This document shows, in pieces, positions 33,003-40,314 of a stretch of 64,000 bases of DNA. Position 1 is the first letter of the stretch. Each line of letters begins with the position of its first letter. Position numbers and translations under genes: made by a program. The stretch is from Patescibacteria group bacterium. Its GTDB lineage: Bacteria > Patescibacteriota > Patescibacteriia > Patescibacteriales > GWC2-42-12. Where the stretch lies: contig JBAZRI010000003.1 in the NCBI GenBank assembly GCA_041662965.1, positions 65,331-129,330 of the forward strand, given 5' to 3'. The notes beneath the pieces were generated by a model. It saw nothing but the letters and a program-made list of their open reading frames with translations. It ran no database searches and had not been told where the DNA came from.

Positions 33003-34232
33003 ATGAAACAATCCCAACTTTTCACCAAAACTGAACGCTTCGCTCCTAAGGACGAAGAAACTATAAATGCTCAACTTTTAACGCGGGCCGGTTTTACCGA
33101 GAAGCTAATGGCCGGAGTCTATAATTACCTGCCCCTAGGGCTTTTGACCCTTAGGAAAATTGAACAGGTAGTTAGGGAAGAAATGAATAAAATCGGCGGA
33201 CAGGAAATTTTAATGGCCATGCTGCATCCTAAGGAAAACTGGGAGAAAACCGGTGGCTGGGATAATATTGACATTCTTTTTAAAATTAAAAGCCGAACGG
33301 AAAAAGAATACGCGCTGGGGCAAAGCGAAGAAGAAGTGGTTACTCCCCTAATCATGCACCGGGTGCAGACAAGCAAAAACCTACCTTTGGCGGTTTACCA
33401 GATTCATTGGAAATTCCGCGATGAGCTAAGGGCTAAATCAGGGCTCTTAAGAGGCCGGGAATTTTTAATGAAAGACATGTACAGTTTCCATGCCGATCAG
33501 GACGACTTTGATAAATTTTATAAAATCGCCAAACAGGCCTACTTAAAAATATTTGAACGCCTGGGCTTAACGGCAAAAGTGACCGAAGCTTCAGGCGGAA
33601 GTTTCAGTAAAAAAATATCCTATGAATTCATGGTTCTGACCGACGCCGGAGAAGACGATATTCTGTATTGCGATGAATGTGTTTTTTGCGTTAATAAAGA
33701 AATCGCCGAACAAAAAGAATTTGATTCTTGCCCGAAATGCAAAAAGGGCAAATTAAACCGCGCTAAAGCCTCCGAGGTTGGCAATGTTTTTGATTTAGGG
33801 CAAAAATACGGCCAAGATTTTGGCTTGTCATTCAAAGATGAAAAAGGAGCAAAAAAATATCCGGTTATGGGCTGTTATGGCATCGGCATCTCGCGCCTTA
33901 TCGGCGTAATTGTTGAAAAAATGCATGATGACAAGGGCATTATTTGGCCGGAAGCGGCCGCGCCGTTTAAAACCCATCTTATTTCTTTGGGGCAAAACGA
34001 GCGGGCGGAAAAAATTTATTCCGACTTGAACAAAAATCAAATTGAAGTTTTATATGACGACCGAGAAGTAAGCGCCGGCGAAAAATTCGCTGACGCGGAT
34101 TTAATCGGCCTGCCTTATCGCTTAGTGGTGAGCGAAAAATCTCTTAAAGCCGGCGGAGTTGAATTAAAAAAACGAGCGGAAAAAGAAAGTAAAATTATTG
34201 AAGAAAAGAATGTAATAAAAGAGTTAAAATAA
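33003..34232 (+). CDS. proS: Proline--tRNA ligase, short form lacking the INS editing domain
   Basis: 409 aa. Bacterial ProRS N-terminus (LLTRAGF...YNYLPLGL), class II motifs, and GCYGIGISR. The INS position is occupied by a ~37-aa CxxC...CxxC segment. Confidence 0.85.
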   Translation: MKQSQLFTKTERFAPKDEETINAQLLTRAGFTEKLMAGVYNYLPLGLLTLRKIEQVVREEMNKIGGQEILMAMLHPKENWEKTGGWDNIDILFKIKSRTEKEYALGQSEEEVVTPLIMHRVQTSKNLPLAVYQIHWKFRDELRAKSGLLRGREFLMKDMYSFHADQDDFDKFYKIAKQAYLKIFERLGLTAKVTEASGGSFSKKISYEFMVLTDAGEDDILYCDECVFCVNKEIAEQKEFDSCPKCKKGKLNRAKASEVGNVFDLGQKYGQDFGLSFKDEKGAKKYPVMGCYGIGISRLIGVIVEKMHDDKGIIWPEAAAPFKTHLISLGQNERAEKIYSDLNKNQIEVLYDDREVSAGEKFADADLIGLPYRLVVSEKSLKAGGVELKKRAEKESKIIEEKNVIKELK

Positions 34233-34298
34233 ATACAATAGAAAAAAGACGAGATTAAAAAACTCGCCTTTTTTATTGTAATTTTAAATTTTTAAGGC

Positions 34299-34428
34299 GA
34301 GCCTAGAAAAATTTAGGATAAAATTTATGGCAAAATTTCTTTACAAAATTTTCCTGTTTGAGCCGTTAGGCGAGTTGAAAATTTTGTTAGAAATTATTGG
34401 CATAAATTCCTAAATTTTTCTCCAGCTC
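34299..34428. repeat. ~130-nt imperfect long hairpin with the core CTGTTTGAG-hairpin-CGAGTT
   Basis: ~50-bp imperfect inverted arms around 34354-34376. The left arm begins with the recurrent GCGAGCCTAGAAAAATTTAGG motif. Confidence 0.7.
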
Positions 34429-34483
34429 GCGATTTTTGCGCCGCTTTTTCTAAAAAAGCGGCCCCGAGCGGAGCGGAAACATA

Positions 34484-36010
34484 TCACTTAAACACCTGCG
34501 CCGTGAACGTTAAAATTTGCGTGCTTTTATCCTTGTAGCAATCCGGCGCCAGCCCGGCTTTTTGCCAGCAGAGTTCTGATAAAAATTCTTCTAGGGTCCA
34601 ACCGGTGTCGGTGGCTACTTGGGGTAAAAACACTCCGCTTTGCGCGCCTCGCCTTATAATCACGCCGTGCCGGCCTAACTCTATTTTTTGCCAATCATCA
34701 ATCGGTTCCGGTGTTGATAAAACACTAACTTCATATTCTAACTTGCTTAATTCATCTTCGCTTACCGGGTTAAAACGCCCGTCTTCCGAACAGGCGGCCA
34801 CCGCCATGTCGCGCACTACCTGCCACAGCGGCTCGTCTGACGGCACAATTTGCCCGATACAGCCGCGCAGTCGCCCGTCTTTTTCTAGCGTCACGAACGC
34901 ACCCTGTTTTTGATTTAATCTCTCATCGGTAACATTAAATTCCGGAATCTTACTATTCTTCACATAGCTTTCCACTGTCTGTCTCGCTATATCTAGAAGC
35001 TTCTTCTTCTGCTCATCACTTAATTCGTTAATATTTTTAAATTTTTCATTGTCATTTTGCATTTTGCTATTTACATTTTCCATTTTAGCAAAAGCGACCG
35101 TCCCGTATCCGACCACCCTTGCTTTATCGCCGATTAACGGCGCGTCGCCGCTATTGGCATATTTTAAAATTTCAACTTTATCCCAGCCGGCTAATCGCGC
35201 TAACTCTATAGCGGTTTTAACCGCGTCAATGCCGCAAAGCGCGGTTTGCTCGTTAGCGTAGCCGGCGCTTTCCACGCCCTTGATATAACCGACGAATTCT
35301 TCGGCAGTAGCGGTTTTTATTTTTTCCAAAGTTTCTTTATCAATTTTATTAGCGTCTTCATACTCCGGGTAATGCGACATGTCAGTGGAAATTATTACTA
35401 TGTCATCCTGGCTTAAATTATCTTTTAAAGCCTCGGCTAATTTTTTATAACTATCTTCATCTTGGTTGCCGAATAAAATCGGCAAAATTTTAAAATCGCC
35501 CTCTAAAACCGTTTGTAAAAACGGAATTTCCACTTCTAAAACATGATCTTCTTTATGGATTGAGCCGTCATATTTTATGTCGCCGCCTGCCGCGATTAAT
35601 TTTTCCGCCAACTCTTTATCTACCGCTACGGTTCCGAGCGGCGTCTGCCAGCCGTCGCTATCATCAATGGCTATGCCGTCAAAATAGGCTTTATGGGAAT
35701 TACTGATAATCACGGCTGTGTTAATTTTTTTGCCCTCTAGTTGTTTAAAGGCATAAGCCGCCGCCGCTCCGCTATAATCATAGCCCGCGTGCGGCACTAT
35801 AATGGCTTTAACCCGGCCTTCTATTTTCTCCGCCAGCGCCTGTTTTAAATACCTCCGGATTTGATCGGTAATCGCGCCCGGCTCATTTGGATAAAATTGC
35901 CCGGCTACGGCCGCCGGTCTGATGGTTTTTAACATATCATTAGTCGCCTGTTTCTGACCGCAGGCGGTTAAAAGCATTAAAACTAAGAATAAAAATAATA
36001 ATTTCTTCAC
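34484..36010 (-). CDS. Fusion protein: Memo-like (AmmeMemoRadiSam protein B) plus AMMECR1 (protein A) domains, with a lipoprotein signal peptide
   Basis: Lipobox LLTAC. Memo block AGQFYP...VPHAGYDYSG. AMMECR1 block GAFVTLEKDGRLRGCIG. Confidence 0.75.
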   Translation of the reverse strand: MKKLLFLFLVLMLLTACGQKQATNDMLKTIRPAAVAGQFYPNEPGAITDQIRRYLKQALAEKIEGRVKAIIVPHAGYDYSGAAAAYAFKQLEGKKINTAVIISNSHKAYFDGIAIDDSDGWQTPLGTVAVDKELAEKLIAAGGDIKYDGSIHKEDHVLEVEIPFLQTVLEGDFKILPILFGNQDEDSYKKLAEALKDNLSQDDIVIISTDMSHYPEYEDANKIDKETLEKIKTATAEEFVGYIKGVESAGYANEQTALCGIDAVKTAIELARLAGWDKVEILKYANSGDAPLIGDKARVVGYGTVAFAKMENVNSKMQNDNEKFKNINELSDEQKKKLLDIARQTVESYVKNSKIPEFNVTDERLNQKQGAFVTLEKDGRLRGCIGQIVPSDEPLWQVVRDMAVAACSEDGRFNPVSEDELSKLEYEVSVLSTPEPIDDWQKIELGRHGVIIRRGAQSGVFLPQVATDTGWTLEEFLSELCWQKAGLAPDCYKDKSTQILTFTAQVFK

Positions 36011-36495
36011 AAAAGTTCTAATATTTTAAGCTCTAGCCTGCCGCTTCCGCTGTCATAAACCGCGAAGCTGGCTTTATTAAAAACTCCGCCTAAAGTTCCC
36101 GGATTGGCCGTAGTAATTCCGTCCTTAGCTTCAATCCACGGCTCATGCGTATGGCCGTAAAAAACCACAACGCATTTTTTTTGTTCTAAAACTTTTTTGA
36201 TAAACCAGGGCTCATGGCATAAGCCGACGGTTTTTCCCTCAATCTCAAACGCGCCGAACCTGCCTAAATAATTTATATTGCTATGTTTGCCGATCTCCGG
36301 CTCTTGATAAATTTCCAAATTGCCTCTAATTAAATAAACAGCTTTAAAACTCGCCGCCAGATGTTTCAAAGTTTCCGCATTCACCACGTCGCCGCAGCAA
36401 ATCGCGCTGGTAATTTCCTGGTCTCTGCCCCAATTTATACATTTTTCCAGATTAACCAAATTATCGTGAATATCCGCTATAACTAAAAATTTCAT
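36007..36495 (-). CDS. YfcE/MJ0936-type metallophosphoesterase
   Basis: Motifs DIHDN, GDV and GHTH. 162 aa. Confidence 0.8.
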   Translation of the reverse strand: MKFLVIADIHDNLVNLEKCINWGRDQEITSAICCGDVVNAETLKHLAASFKAVYLIRGNLEIYQEPEIGKHSNINYLGRFGAFEIEGKTVGLCHEPWFIKKVLEQKKCVVVFYGHTHEPWIEAKDGITTANPGTLGGVFNKASFAVYDSGSGRLELKILELL

Positions 36496-36508
36496 AGTTT
36501 TTATTAAT

Positions 36509-36613
36509 AATTCAGCTGCAAAAAATTGTTTTTATCGCGCATACGAAATTGTAGCGACCGCAGGGAGACCAAATTTCGTCTAAGCAGAAAAAACAATTTT
36601 TTGCAGCTGAATT
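36509..36613. repeat. Conserved-core / locus-specific-stem hairpin, family B' copy 1
   Basis: 25-bp outer stem AATTCAGCTGCAAAAAATTGTTTTT / its complement. Core GCGCATACGAAATTGTAGC...AAATTTCGTCTAAGC is shared with 42455-42601. Confidence 0.75.
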
Positions 36614-36622
36614 ATGCGTAAG

Positions 36623-37759
36623 CTATTTCAACGTCGCCCAAATCTCATAAACTACCCCTAAAATAAGCAGTAGCGATAAAAAATAAGCCATGGGTTTAGT
36701 TAATTTATTCTTTATAATTGAGACCTGCTCCGGCTTAGCTTTGACTCTGAATACCAGCCAAATTAAAATGATGCCGGATAATCCGCCGGCCACGGCTCCG
36801 GTAAAGCTGATAACTTTAGTTAAGTTGGCCCAGCCGACCAAATATAAAAAATAAGGAATAAAACAAGCTAAAAACCAGGACAATTTATTGCTTAAACCAA
36901 GATCCCATTGATAAATTTCTTCCATGGCTTGAGCAGTGACTATGTATGATGTGATTATGGCTAAAAGCCCGAAAATCAAAGAAAAAATAATAACGCCGTC
37001 ATTTAAAACCAAACTTAAGCCGGCTAAAGTATCGGGCGTTGTGCTCGCGCCGGTTATGCCTAAGATTGCCAAGACAAAAATTAGCGTCAACACGGCCGGA
37101 ATAAAAGTGCCCCAGGCGATGGCGCTTTTAATTTTTTCTTTTTCATAAGCTAGCAAGCGGCAAATTTCAGGAATGGCCGCGCCGCCGCTGACGGCGAAAA
37201 ATATCGGCCCATAAGGCAAAAAGACGTTTCTCCATTCCACTAAATGATAATTGGCCAATTGGATATGGCCAAAGCCTCGCCAGATGATCAAACCGATGGC
37301 GATTACTAAAAAAGAGGTTAAAACCAATTCGGTGCCGGCGATCATTTTTATGTCAAAAAAAGTAATTAAAGAAACGCCGGCGAAAATAACGGTTGAATAC
37401 AAAAAAATACTGCCGCCCAAATAAGGATTCAATAATTGGTGTAAAAAAAGGCCGCCGACAATAATATAGGCCAAAACCGAACCGTAGCTGCCGATGGCGT
37501 CAATGATAAAAGTCAATTTCTTGCTTTTTTGATTAACATATCTGCCGACAAAACCGGGCAGACGATGCTTATTCTTAGTTGATAAAACCACTTCAGCGAA
37601 AAGCAGATGAAAAAAATATTGAATCGCGGCCAAGGCCGCTATATAAACAAACAGCGGTATAATGCCTGATTTATTTATAACAAAAGGTATGGCGAATAAA
37701 CCCACGCCGATAATCGTACCCATTAAGGTTGCCACGGCCAAAAGATAATTTTTTGACAT
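36623..37759 (-). CDS. Amino acid permease-like membrane transporter
   Basis: 378 aa with about 11 TM segments. Resembles the aromatic/hydroxy amino acid permease family. Confidence 0.6.
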   Translation of the reverse strand: MSKNYLLAVATLMGTIIGVGLFAIPFVINKSGIIPLFVYIAALAAIQYFFHLLFAEVVLSTKNKHRLPGFVGRYVNQKSKKLTFIIDAIGSYGSVLAYIIVGGLFLHQLLNPYLGGSIFLYSTVIFAGVSLITFFDIKMIAGTELVLTSFLVIAIGLIIWRGFGHIQLANYHLVEWRNVFLPYGPIFFAVSGGAAIPEICRLLAYEKEKIKSAIAWGTFIPAVLTLIFVLAILGITGASTTPDTLAGLSLVLNDGVIIFSLIFGLLAIITSYIVTAQAMEEIYQWDLGLSNKLSWFLACFIPYFLYLVGWANLTKVISFTGAVAGGLSGIILIWLVFRVKAKPEQVSIIKNKLTKPMAYFLSLLLILGVVYEIWATLK

Positions 37760-37780
37760 AAAATATGTTCTCTATTAACT

Positions 37781-37880
37781 AATTGGGCTAAATTTGTAAA
37801 ATTTTCGTACGAGGACTGTTTGAGCCCGAGTACTCTCGGGCGAGTTCCGCAGTAGAAAATTTAATAAATTTAGCCCAATT
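37781..37880. repeat. Conserved-core / locus-specific-stem hairpin, family B copy 1
   Basis: Outer stem AATTGGGCTAAATTT.. and conserved arms TTTTCGTACGAGGACTGTTTGAG / CGAGTTCCGCAGTAGAAAAT around the central hairpin CCCGAG-TACT-CTCGGG. Confidence 0.8.
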
Positions 37881-37903
37881 ATCATGTATTTTAACTAAAA
37901 AAT

Positions 37904-38491
37904 CTATTTTCTCAAATTTATCTCGTAATTTATCTGCTCAATCTTCCTTAAATGCCCTTTGGCCTGATCATATTTGGTGCGCAGATAGCTCCTCATATCA
38001 AATTCAACCAATTCAGCCATAATGTCGTTGGCAATCTGATTAATTTTTTTCACTTCGTTAATATTACCCAGGGTAGCCATTTTTATGGCCTGGCGGACTA
38101 ACTCGCCGATTAAATCGCTGATCCCGCCGAGATAACTTTCATAGTCAACTTTTATGCCCTGAATTTTATCGACTTTTTTTCCAATCATTACTAAATAAAA
38201 CATTTTCGCTTCAACGTATTCTTCTAAAGCCGCCTTATAAGACCCTTCCTGCATTAAGCGGGAGGAATTGAATTTTTTTTCCAAATTTTTTAAAATCTCT
38301 TCAAGCTCCTTAAGTGTCTTTTCCGCGCCGGCTATATCGTCTCGATGCAGGGAAAATATTGCTTTTTTAGAATCATGCAAAACTATATTAGCTAAGCTAA
38401 TAATTTGCCGGCGCTCATTACCATGCGCGTCAAAATCTTTTTTTAACTGCTGGACGAATTTTTTATTGATCATAGATAGTGTAAAATGCAA
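37904..38491 (-). CDS. Translin-family-like protein (COG2178-like)
   Basis: All-helical 195 aa with YLGGISDLIGELVR, which resembles the translin signature. Confidence 0.45.
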   Translation of the reverse strand: MHFTLSMINKKFVQQLKKDFDAHGNERRQIISLANIVLHDSKKAIFSLHRDDIAGAEKTLKELEEILKNLEKKFNSSRLMQEGSYKAALEEYVEAKMFYLVMIGKKVDKIQGIKVDYESYLGGISDLIGELVRQAIKMATLGNINEVKKINQIANDIMAELVEFDMRSYLRTKYDQAKGHLRKIEQINYEINLRK

Positions 38492-38535
38492 AAATCAAAA
38501 TGTAAAATTTTTGATTTTTTAATTTTTAATTTATT

Positions 38536-40239
38536 TTACTCCGCTACTCTGAATATTTCTTCAACGGATGTGATGCCGTCAAGCGCTTTTAAAAGCCCGT
38601 CCTGGGCCATGGTAATCATGCCGTTTTTCTTGGCGTTATCGCGCATGTCATATTCGCTGGCCGCGCCGCCTAAAATTAATTTTTCAATTTCCTTATTCAT
38701 GGTTAAAACTTCATAAATGCCGATTCGCCCTTTATAGCCGATGCCTTGGCAAGTTTCACAGCCCTGGCCCTGAAAAAATTTTAAATTGTTAAAATCAATT
38801 TTTTTCTTGTCTTCTTCCAAAAGCTCGCCTAAAAGGCTTTTCACTCTGTCTAAAACTTCGTCTACCAATTTTATTTCCTGCTTGCATTTCTGGCAAATTT
38901 TTCTAACCAATCTTTGCCCAAGCATGGCGTTTAAAGCCGGCGCCAATAAATACGGTTTAGTCCCCATGGATAAAAATCTTGGCACCGTGCCGGCCGCGTC
39001 GTTAGTATGGATAGTGGATAAAACCAAATGGCCGGTTAAAGCGGCTTGAATGGCGATTTCCGCCGTTTCTAAGTCGCGGATTTCGCCAACCATGACAATA
39101 TCCGGATCTTGGCGCACGATTGAGCGCAGCCCTTGGGCAAAAGTATAATTTTTACTGGCTTGCGATTGGTTTATGCCGGCGAGCTGATATTCAATCGGGT
39201 CTTCAATGGTTATGATTTTAGTTTCTTGATTATTTAATTTTTTAAGTATGGCGTAAAGCGTGGTGGTTTTGCCCGAACCGGTCGGGCCGGTAGTAATAAT
39301 CATGCCGTTAGGCCGCTCAACTTCTCTTTTTAACTGATCAAAAGCTCGGTCGCGGATGCCTAAATCAGTAAATTCCAAACCAACGGCGCTGGAACGCAAT
39401 AAGCGCATAACCACGCTTTCGCCGAAATTAGTGGGTAAAAACGAAACCCTGATATCAATGCGGTCATCTTTCATGTAGATTGACAGCCGGCCATCCTGGG
39501 GCTTATCCGTAATATTTATTTTTACCGCGGCTAAAAGTTTCATGCGGGAAATTATTTTATCCCAAGACGATTTATCTAAACTGGCCACGTCATGCAAAAC
39601 GCCGTCAATCCTAAACCTGACCTTTATTAATTTTTCTTCGGCTTCAATATGGACATCCGAAGAGTCTGATTTTACGGCCGCGGCCATGATCATGGTGACG
39701 ATTTCGGTAATTTGCGCCCGGCTTATCTCGGCCTGCAAATCCTTAAAGCTGGAAAATTTTTCTCCATATTTATTTAATTCTTCTTCCGTGATTTTAATGC
39801 CCCTGACGACTTCCCTGACTTTTGGCATGGTTTTATACATCTCTAAGCCGAAATTGAAGCTATTCTCGGTGATTAAATAAATGCTGACCTCTGAAAAATA
39901 TTTTTCTGATAAACTTTTAGCCAAAGCCTGCACTTTTTCATCTTGGGGCGCTAAGCTGGCTAATTTAATATTTTTGCCGTCATAATAAAAACACAGCGTT
40001 TCCAGCGCCTTAACCTCCTCTTCATTAATTAAAATTAAAGCTTCCGGGCTGATAGGAAAACCGAATAAATCAACATAAGGCAAGCCGGCGCCATCCGCCG
40101 CCTGTTTGGTTAAACGCTCCAGCTCTTTTATTTTCAGCTTTTTTTCTTTAACTTTAAACTTAGCCGCCGCGCTTTCATCGTTAACGTCCTGCCCGGCGGC
40201 GCTACTGAATAAATCATTGATGGATTGGTTGTTTGGCAT
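38536..40239 (-). CDS. Type II/IV secretion system ATPase (GspE/PilB family)
   Basis: Walker A GPTGSGKTTT, Asp and His boxes, and a C-terminal tetracysteine (CQKC...CETC). Confidence 0.9.
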   Translation of the reverse strand: MPNNQSINDLFSSAAGQDVNDESAAAKFKVKEKKLKIKELERLTKQAADGAGLPYVDLFGFPISPEALILINEEEVKALETLCFYYDGKNIKLASLAPQDEKVQALAKSLSEKYFSEVSIYLITENSFNFGLEMYKTMPKVREVVRGIKITEEELNKYGEKFSSFKDLQAEISRAQITEIVTMIMAAAVKSDSSDVHIEAEEKLIKVRFRIDGVLHDVASLDKSSWDKIISRMKLLAAVKINITDKPQDGRLSIYMKDDRIDIRVSFLPTNFGESVVMRLLRSSAVGLEFTDLGIRDRAFDQLKREVERPNGMIITTGPTGSGKTTTLYAILKKLNNQETKIITIEDPIEYQLAGINQSQASKNYTFAQGLRSIVRQDPDIVMVGEIRDLETAEIAIQAALTGHLVLSTIHTNDAAGTVPRFLSMGTKPYLLAPALNAMLGQRLVRKICQKCKQEIKLVDEVLDRVKSLLGELLEEDKKKIDFNNLKFFQGQGCETCQGIGYKGRIGIYEVLTMNKEIEKLILGGAASEYDMRDNAKKNGMITMAQDGLLKALDGITSVEEIFRVAE

Positions 40240-40274
40240 AATTACATTATAACTTATTTTTTCAATAAAAAAAA

Positions 40275-40301
40275 GGCGTTTGCCATAATCTCAAAAACGC
40301 C
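40275..40301 (-). terminator. Intrinsic terminator after the M18 aminopeptidase gene
   Basis: GGCGTTT-loop-AAACGCC flanked by A8/T7 runs. Confidence 0.6.
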
Positions 40302-40314
40302 TTTTTTTATTTAT

